Part shown: positions 40,670 to 49,704 of the stretch, in pieces
How positions within the stretch are numbered: the stretch's first letter is position 1
How the letters are laid out: every line of letters starts with the position of its first letter
DNA from: an uncultured Bacilli bacterium
GTDB lineage: Bacteria; Bacillota_I; Bacilli_A; RF39; UBA660
NCBI GenBank assembly: GCA_947594925.1
Contig: CANQEJ010000002.1
Location: 2 to 64,001, forward strand
DNA length: 64,000 nt
Reading direction: 5' to 3'
Position numbers and translations under genes: made by a program
The notes under the pieces: model-generated
Told to the model about the DNA's origin: nothing
The model's database searches: none
What the model saw: only the letters and a program-made list of their open reading frames with translations

Positions 40670-42550
40670 ATGTTTGGAAATATCAAATATATTAGTGATA
40701 ATGAAGCGCATGTTATTAATGCTGCTGGCGTTAATATGAGCGGCGACTTAATGAACGTTCATGTCGTATTTGAAGATGAAAATCAAGCTGTTTTAGGAGA
40801 AGTTACCGAGGTTAATGAAGATATAATTAAAATTCGTTTTTTAGGAGAATTTCAAAATGGCCATTATGTTAGTGGTGTTATTAGAAAACCTAAGCTATCT
40901 TCAAAAATTAGAGTTATAAATGAAGGAGAGCTATCAGAATTAATGGGTACTGATGGTCCAACTTCTTTCTTACTTGGAACAAGCTCTATTTATAATGGTC
41001 AACCTGTATATGTTGACATTAACCAAATGTTTGCTAATCATGCTGCCATTTTTGGTAATACTGGTAGTGGTAAATCATGTGGAGTAGCAAGACTTGTCCA
41101 AAATATTTTTAGTAATAAAAATATGGTTCCTTATAATGCCAACTTATTTATATTTGATGCTTATGGTGAATATAAAACAGCTTTTAGAAATATAAATCAA
41201 ATTAATCCTTATTTTAGTTATAAATTTATTACTTCAAATCCAACTGACCCTGAAGATGTTCCTTTAAAAATACCACCTCATCTTTTAAATCTAGATGACT
41301 GGTCATTATTCTTACAAGCAGACTCTCATAGTCAAATACCGATAATTGAAAGAACTTTAAAATTAGCTAAAATTTTCTCTAAAAATGATGAAACAGCAAT
41401 GAAATATAAAAATCATTTAATTGCGAAAGCTCTTCTTGCCGTTTTATTCTCTAATCAAACAACTTCTCATAAGAAAAATGAAATTTTTACTATAATTGAA
41501 GCTTGTAGTACGCCAGAATTTAATTTTGATTCTGAAATTCAAGGTTTAGGTTATACACGTGTATTTAGTGAGTGTTTTGAAATCGATTCTAATGGTAATT
41601 TTGGCGAAAGTGTTTTAATTACCGAATATATTTTAAAACACATTGACGAAAGTCTAGAAGGTACACCAGAGCCAGAAGGTGCTTTCTTTACTTTAATTGA
41701 TTTTAGTAAAGCTATGGAATTTACTTTAATATCTGAAGGTTTCCAAAATAACCAACAAATCTATGATGATGCTATGCTTCTTAAAGTACGTCTTAACTCT
41801 GCTATTAATAGTAAAGTAGGTTCTTTCTTTACTTATGAATCACCAATTTCTATGGATGGATATATTTCTTCCCTTGTTGCTGTAGGACAAAATAAAAAAG
41901 CCCAAATTATTAATATTAACTTAGAAGATGTTGATGATACATATGCCAAAGTAATCGTTAAAATTATTGCTAGATTTTGTTTTGAATTTGCTAAATCTCG
42001 TAAAGAAAGGGCTTCAATTCCTTTTAACTTATTTGTTGAAGAAGCCCATAGATATATTCAAAAAGATACCGATACTTTCTTAATTGGTTATAATATCTTT
42101 GACCGTATTGCTAAAGAAGGTCGTAAATATGGTGTATTATTAGATATTATTACCCAAAGACCAGTAGAATTATCTGATACCGTTATTGCCCAATGTTCTA
42201 ATTTCTTAATCTTTAAAATGACCCACCCATTAGATATTGAATATATTAGTAAAATGTTACCAAACATTTCTGCTGATGTTTTAGATAAACAAAAAGTATT
42301 ACAACCAGGAAACTGTGTAGGTTTTGGTAGTGCTTTTAAAATTAACATGATTATTAAAATGGAAATGCCTAATCCAAGTCCATACAGTAATTCCTGCGAT
42401 GTATCTGCAAGATGGCGTATTCCTATTTCTGGGCAAAATACTTATGGTGCACCAAGTCCAATGCCAACAGAAAATCCTGCCAATCCTAATGGGGCAAACC
42501 CAATGGGTAATATGTATGGCGGCGCCATAAACCCTATAATGCCAAACTAA
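40670..42550 (+). CDS. HerA/FtsK-superfamily (DUF87-like) P-loop ATPase with Pro/Asn/Gly-rich C-terminal tail
   Basis: N-terminal barrel-like domain; Walker A GNTGSGKS; Walker B-like LFVEEAHRY; GRKYGVLLDIITQRP. ATG 40670 fits the AAGAGGAG RBS better than TTG 40661. Confidence 0.65.
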   Translation: MFGNIKYISDNEAHVINAAGVNMSGDLMNVHVVFEDENQAVLGEVTEVNEDIIKIRFLGEFQNGHYVSGVIRKPKLSSKIRVINEGELSELMGTDGPTSFLLGTSSIYNGQPVYVDINQMFANHAAIFGNTGSGKSCGVARLVQNIFSNKNMVPYNANLFIFDAYGEYKTAFRNINQINPYFSYKFITSNPTDPEDVPLKIPPHLLNLDDWSLFLQADSHSQIPIIERTLKLAKIFSKNDETAMKYKNHLIAKALLAVLFSNQTTSHKKNEIFTIIEACSTPEFNFDSEIQGLGYTRVFSECFEIDSNGNFGESVLITEYILKHIDESLEGTPEPEGAFFTLIDFSKAMEFTLISEGFQNNQQIYDDAMLLKVRLNSAINSKVGSFFTYESPISMDGYISSLVAVGQNKKAQIININLEDVDDTYAKVIVKIIARFCFEFAKSRKERASIPFNLFVEEAHRYIQKDTDTFLIGYNIFDRIAKEGRKYGVLLDIITQRPVELSDTVIAQCSNFLIFKMTHPLDIEYISKMLPNISADVLDKQKVLQPGNCVGFGSAFKINMIIKMEMPNPSPYSNSCDVSARWRIPISGQNTYGAPSPMPTENPANPNGANPMGNMYGGAINPIMPN

Positions 42551-42557
42551 AAGAAGA

Positions 42558-43136
42558 TTATAAATATCTTCTTTTTATATACTGGTAACATAATTTATTA
42601 TTCTGACCAAATAAAATATCATCTAATTCGCGTCTAGAAAAATTAATAAGATTATTAAAATTTAAATCTTCATCTAAAACCTTTAATTTAGCTTGTAAAT
42701 CAGGTTTTAAATAAGCATACTCACCATTATCTAATATTTCCTTTAAAGCCTCTTGATGAGCCCGAAAATAACGATTTTTTTGATAATCATCATACACTTC
42801 ATAATTCTTTAAAAAAGAATATAAACTTACTAATAAAGCACTCAAAGAAAATAAAGTAAAAGTAGGATATTTTAAATTAGCCATACTAGCAATTGATATT
42901 GGTAAAGCTAAACCTATACCTATTAAAGATGCTGTAAAGTTATCATAATTAAACTCGGGATTTTGAATTAATTGTTCTTCCATCTTAGCTAGTAAATATT
43001 CTTCATTTTCTGGCGTATTAGGTATTCTATTAATAGCTTTATTAGCGTAATAAACTATTATGCTATCTTTATCATTTTTAAAATGGGTAATAAAATTACG
43101 ATAATAATGCATATCCATATCTAAAAAAGGTAACAT
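42558..43136 (-). CDS. Hypothetical membrane protein (two central TM helices)
   Basis: ORF with GGAGGAAG RBS; no family recognised. Confidence 0.5.
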   Translation of the reverse strand: MLPFLDMDMHYYRNFITHFKNDKDSIIVYYANKAINRIPNTPENEEYLLAKMEEQLIQNPEFNYDNFTASLIGIGLALPISIASMANLKYPTFTLFSLSALLVSLYSFLKNYEVYDDYQKNRYFRAHQEALKEILDNGEYAYLKPDLQAKLKVLDEDLNFNNLINFSRRELDDILFGQNNKLCYQYIKRRYL

Positions 43137-43230
43137 ATACTTCCTCCTTTAAATGAGCTTATAATAGCAAAATAACGTCAAATAGTAAATAATATTGTAT
43201 AAAATAAATATCTTGTGATATAATAAAAGT

Positions 43231-43376
43231 ACCTAGAGTAATAGTTTGTTTTATATAAAACCGACTAAGTGATACATTGGGAATCTAATTGCTCTTCGGT
43301 GTAGAAGACTGAGCCATTAAGTGATTCAGGATCCTAAAGAAAAGCATGTGATGCCCACCTCGCGCGAGCGGGTTTT
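43231..43376 (+). promoter_or_regulatory. Structured GC-rich 5' leader with terminator-like hairpin, unassigned class
   Basis: TGATATAAT extended -10 at 43216-43224; local hairpin TCTTC-GGTGTA-GAAGA; GC-rich hairpin CCCACCTCGCGCGAGCGGG + TTTTT at 43354-43376. Confidence 0.4.
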
Positions 43377-43422
43377 TATCACAACAGGCTATTATCTTCT
43401 AGGTTTTTATGTGGTGATTTTC

Positions 43423-44109
43423 ATGGATAGATTTCAAAGATTTAAATTATTAGTTGCATCTGATTATGATTTAATAAAAAATAAGAAAATAGCCATTATT
43501 GGGCTTGGAGGAGTAGGAGGCTATGCCTTAGAAAGTTTAATTCGTTGTGGCATTGAAAACTTTGTCTTAATTGATAATGATAAAATTGAAATAAGCAATT
43601 TAAATAGGCAAATAATTGCTTTAGAAGAAAATATTGGTTATCCTAAAGTCCAAGCTTGGCAAAAAAGAGGCTTAGCTATTAACAACGAAGCTAATATTAC
43701 AATTTATGAAGAGTTTCTTTTAAAAGAAAATATCACTCTTTTAGATAAATTTTCTCTAGATTATATAATAGATGCCTGTGATACTATAACAACTAAAATT
43801 GAACTTATTAAATATGCCAAAAAACATAATATTAAGATAATTTCTTCAATGGGTACCGGTAAAAGACTTGATGCTACTAAACTAACTATTACAACTTTAG
43901 ATAAAACTCAAAATGACCCTATTGCTAAAATAATGCGTAAGAAGTTAAAAGAAGAAAATATTTCTTTAAAAATTCCTGTTATTTGGAGTAGGGAATTACC
44001 TTTAAAAATAAAAAGTGATAATATTCCAAGCTGCTCATATGTTCCTGCTACAGCTGGCTTATTAATCACTAATTACATTATAAATGATATATTAAATCAT
44101 AAAGTATAA
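43423..44109 (+). CDS. tcdA: ThiF/HesA-family adenylyltransferase-like, TcdA (tRNA ct6A dehydratase)-like
   Basis: IIGLGGVGGYALESLIRCG...LIDNDKIEISNLNRQ; the N-terminus aligns from MDRFQRF (ATG 43423, GGTGA RBS), so the GTG 43321 start on the ORF track is probably too far upstream. Confidence 0.7.
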   Translation: MDRFQRFKLLVASDYDLIKNKKIAIIGLGGVGGYALESLIRCGIENFVLIDNDKIEISNLNRQIIALEENIGYPKVQAWQKRGLAINNEANITIYEEFLLKENITLLDKFSLDYIIDACDTITTKIELIKYAKKHNIKIISSMGTGKRLDATKLTITTLDKTQNDPIAKIMRKKLKEENISLKIPVIWSRELPLKIKSDNIPSCSYVPATAGLLITNYIINDILNHKV

Positions 44110-44534
44110 ATTCTTAAAATTGGGTCATCTTTTCGATTTTTAAAATAACTTGAATATCTTTGCATTAAAGCTTTGAGGTATTCAGGTTTTATTTTTTGCA
44201 TTTCTAAATACATTAAATTAATTTCATCTTCTGTATAATTATATTTTGCTCGGCGCCAGATATTTGGTTCCATCTTTTTATCCTTTAAAAGATTTTGTTC
44301 TTTAAGAGTATAATGCCGATTTAAATATTCTAAATTGGGAACATGATATAAAAGGATATCAATGGGAGCAACGATAATATCTTGATTACCAAATAAATCA
44401 TCTTTAGTTCCAACCAAACAATTACTAAAGTATTCATATAAATTACCTTTTTCTAAAATTAATAAATATAAATACTCATACTCACTTTTTTCTAATAAAA
44501 AATAAATATTATTTCGATTATAGGCTTCAAGCAT
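44097..44534 (-). CDS. Hypothetical protein downstream of XRE regulator
   Basis: ATG 44534 preceded by AGGTGA; the longer form from 44612 lacks an RBS and would overlap the XRE gene. Confidence 0.5.
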   Translation of the reverse strand: MLEAYNRNNIYFLLEKSEYEYLYLLILEKGNLYEYFSNCLVGTKDDLFGNQDIIVAPIDILLYHVPNLEYLNRHYTLKEQNLLKDKKMEPNIWRRAKYNYTEDEINLMYLEMQKIKPEYLKALMQRYSSYFKNRKDDPILRIYTL

Positions 44535-44574
44535 TGATATATCACCTAAGAAAATATATGCTAAAAAAATAAAA

Positions 44575-45021
44575 TTATGCTTTTTTACCACATAATTTAT
44601 CCATTGAGACATTATATCTTTTAGCTATTTGATATAAAAAAGCTGTTAAAATTAAAGTTTTACCATTAATATAAGCACTTATTGTTGATTGCGAAGTATT
44701 TAAAAAATCAGCTAATTCAGTTTGCGTAACTTTTTCTTTTTTTAATAAAGCTTTTAAATTTTGACCAACTACAACCTTATCTAAAGGTCCAGACAAAAAG
44801 GTATTATACTTAGGTTTAGTTGTTAATTTAAAAACATAATCCATACTAACATTAAAGATTTGACAATAATTATTCAAATGTTTTAAAGGAATAAACTTGC
44901 TATTAGTTTCCCATACAGAATAATTTTGTCGCGATGTATGCAGAAGTTTAGCAACTTCTTTTTGAGTTAAATCTTTGCTTTCTCTTATATCGTATAAACG
45001 GGTTTGATAAATTATACACAT
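44575..45021 (-). CDS. XRE-family regulator with two tandem HTH domains
   Basis: LTQKEVAKLLHTSRQNYSVWE and VTQTELADFLNTSQSTISAYING. Confidence 0.8.
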   Translation of the reverse strand: MCIIYQTRLYDIRESKDLTQKEVAKLLHTSRQNYSVWETNSKFIPLKHLNNYCQIFNVSMDYVFKLTTKPKYNTFLSGPLDKVVVGQNLKALLKKEKVTQTELADFLNTSQSTISAYINGKTLILTAFLYQIAKRYNVSMDKLCGKKA

Positions 45022-45115
45022 TGTGAAATCACCTATATTGATTTTCCCATTTAAATAAACTAATTTAGCTTTTTGCTAACTTATACGATATATAATATAA
45101 TTTTTAAAATTTATT

Positions 45116-45143
45116 GCAAAGAAAAAGAAGTAAACTTACTTCT
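45116..45143 (-). terminator. Terminator after gpsA (minus strand)
   Basis: AGAAGTAA/TTACTTCT hairpin overlapping the stop, followed by a T-run on the minus strand. Confidence 0.5.
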
Positions 45144-46113
45144 TCGAAATTAAAAATTCAATTAATATATCTGGATTTTCTTGATTAAAAATAATATCAT
45201 AAATTAAATTAATTGTTTCTAAATCAATATCTTCATCATTAATTAATTTATAAATTGATTTTAAAGTATAATATCCTTCTACAGTATTATCAATTAAATA
45301 ACGTTCAATTTCTTTATAAGGAGCCTTTTGACCAAGAAGGGTACCATAGGTAAAATTACGACTTTTGGTACTAGTACAAGTAAGAAGTAAATCCCCAATT
45401 CCGGCATAGCTTAAAATTGTATTTTTCTCGCCACCTAATTCTTTAATTAATGATTTAATATCATGTAAAGCTTCAGTGATAAGAAAAGCTTGTGTTGTTT
45501 CACCATAGCCTAAACCGTCAATAATACCAGCGGCGATAGCTATAACATTTTTAATACTTCCACATATTTCTAAACCAATTACATCTTCAGTTGTTCTAAT
45601 TTTTAAATTATCAGTTGCTAAAACTTTGGGAATAGTTTCTAAAGCTTTCTTACTATGACTAGCTAAACTAATAGCAGCCGGTTCGCCTTTAGCTAAATCA
45701 ATAGCAAAAGTAGGACCCGAAATAACTGCTAAATTCTTAGTCTTAATTTCTTTTAAAACTACTTTATCGATAAACTTACAAGAATCTTGTTCAATTCCTT
45801 TTGTTCCAATACAAATAATAGTATCTTCTGTAATATAATCTTTAATGCTTCGTGAAATATTACCGACATATTGAGCCGCTACAATAATAAAAATAATATC
45901 TTTATCCTTAGTAGCTACCTCTAAATCAGTAGTAAATTTCAAAGAAGAGGGTATTTTAATATTGGGTAAAATATAATCAATTTGGCCTTTTCTTTTAATA
46001 GTCTCTATTTTATCTTCTGCTTCGGACCAAATAGTAATATCATTATCATTTTTATTAAGCATTAAACTTATCGCTAAACTATAAGCTCCTAAACCAATTA
46101 CACCTATTTTCAT
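45136..46113 (-). CDS. gpsA: NAD(P)H-dependent glycerol-3-phosphate dehydrogenase
   Basis: N-terminal Rossmann fold, GSIKNVIAIAAGIIDGLGYG, SRNFTYG motifs. Confidence 0.9.
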   Translation of the reverse strand: MKIGVIGLGAYSLAISLMLNKNDNDITIWSEAEDKIETIKRKGQIDYILPNIKIPSSLKFTTDLEVATKDKDIIFIIVAAQYVGNISRSIKDYITEDTIICIGTKGIEQDSCKFIDKVVLKEIKTKNLAVISGPTFAIDLAKGEPAAISLASHSKKALETIPKVLATDNLKIRTTEDVIGLEICGSIKNVIAIAAGIIDGLGYGETTQAFLITEALHDIKSLIKELGGEKNTILSYAGIGDLLLTCTSTKSRNFTYGTLLGQKAPYKEIERYLIDNTVEGYYTLKSIYKLINDEDIDLETINLIYDIIFNQENPDILIEFLISKK

Positions 46114-47315
46114 TTTTCTTTTCCTTCTTTCATTTCTGTATTAAATTTATTAGCAGCATTTTCATATTTATTATTTTTACCATGATAGTATTTTCTATCC
46201 TTAATATTATCCGGTAGATACTGCTGGGCAACATAAGACTTCGGATAATTATGCGGATACTTATAGGCAGGATTGTGATTTTTAATATGAGCAGGAACAT
46301 TACCGGTATTACCACTATGAATATCATTTAAAGCTTCATCTATAGCCATTATAGCACTATTACTTTTAGGACTTAGAGCAAGTTCAATAACTACTTGGGC
46401 TAGGGGAATTCGTGCTTCCGGAAGACCTACTAATTCTGCTGCAGATATAGCAGCCATTACTTTTGGTCCCATAGAAGGATTAGCCATCCCGATATCTTCA
46501 TAGGCAATAACACTCATGCGCCGATAAATACTATCTAAATCACCAGCTTCAATAAGTCGTGCTAAATAATGGATTGCAGCATCGGGGTCACTACCGCGAA
46601 TTGATTTTTGAAAAGCCGATAACACTTCATAATGACCATCTGCATTTTTATCGTGATAAAAAACGGGTTTAGCATTAATATCTTTTAGGACATCAATCGT
46701 AATTTCATGATTACTAGCTGAATAATAACTTATCTCTAAAAGATTTAAAGCACTCCGAAAATCCCCACTAGCAACAGTACTAATGTATTCTAAAGCTTCA
46801 TCATCAATAATAATTTTATCTAAAGAATTACAAGCTTTTTTAAGACCTTTAATAATATCATCTTGAGATAACTCATGTAATTCAAAAATTTGTAAACGAC
46901 TTCTAATCGCAGGATTAATTCGATTATAGGGATTAGATGTCGTAAGACCAATTAAAGTAATTAAACCATTTTCAATATAGGGAAGTAGAAGGTCTTGTTT
47001 ATCTTTATTTAAACGATGTATTTCGTCCATAATAACAATCATTTCGCCTTCCATCTTCGCTTCTTCTATCACAATATCAAAATCCTGTTTATTATTAATC
47101 GTCGCATTTAAAAAACGGTAGGGTAGATTAAGTTCGGAAATAATAGCATAAGCAATAGAAGTTTTGCCAATACCAGGTTTACCATACAAAATACAAGAAA
47201 ACATTTTCTTATTTTCGACTAAATTTCTTAAAACTTTATTTTTTCCTACTAAATGTTCTTGACCAATAACATCATCTAACTTTTTAGGTCTTAACATATT
47301 GGCTAAAAGTTCCAT
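46110..47315 (-). CDS. rarA: Replication-associated recombination protein A (AAA+)
   Basis: LRPKKLDDVIGQEHL, Walker A GKPGIGKTS, MDEIHRLNK, C-terminal MgsA domain (FQKSIRGSDPDAA). Confidence 0.9.
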   Translation of the reverse strand: MELLANMLRPKKLDDVIGQEHLVGKNKVLRNLVENKKMFSCILYGKPGIGKTSIAYAIISELNLPYRFLNATINNKQDFDIVIEEAKMEGEMIVIMDEIHRLNKDKQDLLLPYIENGLITLIGLTTSNPYNRINPAIRSRLQIFELHELSQDDIIKGLKKACNSLDKIIIDDEALEYISTVASGDFRSALNLLEISYYSASNHEITIDVLKDINAKPVFYHDKNADGHYEVLSAFQKSIRGSDPDAAIHYLARLIEAGDLDSIYRRMSVIAYEDIGMANPSMGPKVMAAISAAELVGLPEARIPLAQVVIELALSPKSNSAIMAIDEALNDIHSGNTGNVPAHIKNHNPAYKYPHNYPKSYVAQQYLPDNIKDRKYYHGKNNKYENAANKFNTEMKEGKEK

Positions 47316-47398
47316 ATAACCACCTAATAATATTATAAACTATTCTTTCTTTAATTAACAGATTTACTGTGTTAAAATGTTAAATAGGTAGTGATAAT

Positions 47399-48274
47399 AT
47401 GATTGATAAATATCTTGATTATTTAAAATATGAAAAAAAATTAAGTGCTAATACTTTAAAAAGTTATCAAAATGATTTAGATATATTTAAAGAATATTTC
47501 CACACAAAAGATTTAACATCTCTTAAGCCTAATGATATAAGTGCTTTTATTGAAAATCAAAGTAAAAATAATAAATCTGTAGCTACTATTGCTCATAACA
47601 TAACTGTTATAAATTCTTTTTATAACTTTTTAAAAGATGAAAATGAAAATATTATCAATCCTTGTGAAAATATTATTTCCCCTAAAAAAGGCTTAAAATT
47701 ACCCCATTTTTTAACCGAAGAAGAAGTTGATAGACTTTTAGATGTTCCTTTAAATAATGCTTATTGTTATCGCAATAAAGCGATGTTAGAACTTTTATAT
47801 GCCACTGGTATTAGAGTTAGTGAACTTATTAATTTAAAATTTATTAATCTGGATTTAGAAAATGATTTCATTAGAGTTTTAGGAAAGGGGAGTAAAGAAA
47901 GACTAGTACCTATTGGAGATATAGCTAAAAAATGGTTAATTATCTATTTAAATGAATATCGTCAAGAACTTTTAAAAAATAAAAATAGTGATTACTTATT
48001 TATTAATAATCAAGGTAATGTAATCTCTAGAGTAGGCTTTTTTAAGATTATCAAAAAACAATGTCAAGAAAAAAACATTACCAAAAATGTAAGTCCTCAC
48101 ATCTTAAGACACTCCTTTGCCACTCATTTATTAGCACACGGAGCAGACCTTAGAGTAATTCAAGAAATGCTTGGCCATAGTGATATAGCAACTACCCAAA
48201 TCTATGCTCATTTAGTAAATGAAAAACTAAAAAAAGACTACGAAGAATTTCATCCTCGCAGTCATAAATATTAA
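47399..48274 (+). CDS. xerD: Tyrosine site-specific recombinase, XerD/XerC family
   Basis: ATGIRVSEL (Arg), HILRHSFATHLL, LGHSDIATTQIYAH (catalytic Tyr). Confidence 0.8.
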   Translation: MIDKYLDYLKYEKKLSANTLKSYQNDLDIFKEYFHTKDLTSLKPNDISAFIENQSKNNKSVATIAHNITVINSFYNFLKDENENIINPCENIISPKKGLKLPHFLTEEEVDRLLDVPLNNAYCYRNKAMLELLYATGIRVSELINLKFINLDLENDFIRVLGKGSKERLVPIGDIAKKWLIIYLNEYRQELLKNKNSDYLFINNQGNVISRVGFFKIIKKQCQEKNITKNVSPHILRHSFATHLLAHGADLRVIQEMLGHSDIATTQIYAHLVNEKLKKDYEEFHPRSHKY

Positions 48275-48308
48275 AGGAAATTTAAAATCATTTCCCCATT
48301 TAAATCTT

Positions 48309-48458
48309 CTAACGAGCGTTATTACGAGCTGAGTTAGAATTTTTTGCGCTGTTGCTATTACTGTTTCTAGAACTATTATTATTTCTAGCACTATTGCAAC
48401 TACTATTGCTTTTAGAATTATTATTTCTTGCGCTATTATTATTTCTTGTATTACTCAT
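48309..48458 (-). CDS. Unannotated 49-aa basic Asn/Ser/Arg-repeat peptide
   Basis: GGGAGGT SD 8 nt before ATG. Translation is MSNTRNNNSARNNNSKSNSSCNSARNNNSSRNSNSNSAKNSNSARNNAR. It falls below the ORF-track length cutoff. Confidence 0.5.
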   Translation of the reverse strand: MSNTRNNNSARNNNSKSNSSCNSARNNNSSRNSNSNSAKNSNSARNNAR

Positions 48459-48570
48459 ATAAACTACCTCCCACTATTATTATGGATGAAAAAAAGCTAG
48501 TTATACAAAAAGTTAATGGAAAAACTTCCCATTTTATGTTAGGATATAATCCATAAAAAGGAAAGATATT

Positions 48571-49671
48571 ATGAACAAAAAAGCTTACCATTTTGAATTA
48601 TTATCCGAAAGAAACTTACAACCTTACGATAAAGAAATATTACAAACTGATAAAAAAAATACCTATTATCTGGCGCGTGTTTTAAAATTATTTTATTCCT
48701 TGCCTTGGCAAAATCCTAGTCTTATCATCGGTACAAGCAATAATGAAATAAATGTTGTAGTATCTTTTAATGAAGAAGGTTTTTTAAAAATAGCTGATTA
48801 TAAAAATAATTTAATTATGGCCAAAAATGAATATTACGAATTATTTAATTTTCAAGAATTAAATACTTTAAATAAGTTTGAAATATATACAATTGCTAAT
48901 TTTCTAAAAGATACCAATACTGATAATCTTATTTTTAAATATTTAATTTTTAGTAAAGAACTCTTACAAGATTTAAAAAAGAAAAATATTTATCCTTATC
49001 TAAGCCAAACTTATGATGAAAATGGGTTTAATTATCATAACTATACTTGGATAGGTAATGACTGTGATAATGTTTTTTTCTGTCGGGTTGATTGCTATCA
49101 TAAAAAATACGAAAAAATTGTTGATGAAATAAGTGCCTTTACTCAAAATCCCCAAAATGAAAGAGAACATATTAAAATATTAATTAAAGATGCTCTTTAT
49201 TCATATTCTGAACCTGATTTTGGAAATTTTTCCTTTTCTTTAATATCTGATATATTTTTAGAGCCAAAAATAAAAGAAGAATTACTATCTATTAAACGTT
49301 ACCATAACTGTCATAATAACGCTAATATATTTGCCAGAATTTATCAAAGTGAAAATAAAAGTAACGTCTTTATCGTAGGAGGAAAGATTAAAGAAAATGA
49401 AAATGATTATTTATATCACTCTTGGATTGAAGTTGAAGAAGAAAATAAATGGTTAGTTATCGATTGGAACGAAAATTTAATAATAGCTAAAGATACTTAT
49501 TATAAACTTTTTGAAGCTTATCCAATTGCCAAAACATCTGCTCAAGAAATGGACGAAATAATAAAAATAACAACTAAGGCCGGTTTAAGTTTTCCTTTAA
49601 TGGATTTAAATTATTTTGGTAAAGAAATTAAAAATGACTTACTAAAAAGAAATATTCTTAGAAAAAAATAA
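48571..49671 (+). CDS. Hypothetical protein with C-terminal transglutaminase-like Cys-His-Asp core
   Basis: NCHNNANIFARIY ... YHSWIEV ... VIDWN spacing resembles the transglutaminase/papain-like core. Confidence 0.4.
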   Translation: MNKKAYHFELLSERNLQPYDKEILQTDKKNTYYLARVLKLFYSLPWQNPSLIIGTSNNEINVVVSFNEEGFLKIADYKNNLIMAKNEYYELFNFQELNTLNKFEIYTIANFLKDTNTDNLIFKYLIFSKELLQDLKKKNIYPYLSQTYDENGFNYHNYTWIGNDCDNVFFCRVDCYHKKYEKIVDEISAFTQNPQNEREHIKILIKDALYSYSEPDFGNFSFSLISDIFLEPKIKEELLSIKRYHNCHNNANIFARIYQSENKSNVFIVGGKIKENENDYLYHSWIEVEEENKWLVIDWNENLIIAKDTYYKLFEAYPIAKTSAQEMDEIIKITTKAGLSFPLMDLNYFGKEIKNDLLKRNILRKK

Positions 49672-49704
49672 TGGTATAATACTTTTAGATAAAGGAGCAA
49701 AAAT

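Noticed and set aside
43231-43376. I tried to read the GC-rich leader as a T-box, a TPP riboswitch (CTGAG present), a ydaO/c-di-AMP riboswitch, or a small SRP RNA (TCAGGATCCTAAAGAAAAGCA versus the CAGGUCCGGAAGGAAGCAGC motif).
   Set aside because: The defining conserved cores are absent or cannot form the required helices. There is no GGTGGTACCGCG-type T-box, no ACCTGATCTGGATAATGCCAGCG-type pyrophosphate helix, and no GNAR-capped helix 8. It is left as unassigned.
47399-48274. The tyrosine recombinase could be a mobile-element integrase.
   Set aside because: It has XerC/D-type length and motifs. It is divergent from rarA in a housekeeping context, with no flanking repeats or cargo genes. It is interpreted as chromosomal Xer.
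42550-48300. Possible replication terminus or dif site. Nearly all genes before 42.5 kb are on the plus strand, orientation is mixed afterwards, and ftsK, xerD and rarA are nearby.
   Set aside because: No convincing 28-nt dif-like site was found. The best candidate near 47325 lacks the TTATG arm and overlaps the rarA RBS. Orientation after 42.5 kb is mixed, not inverted. GC skew could not be computed here.
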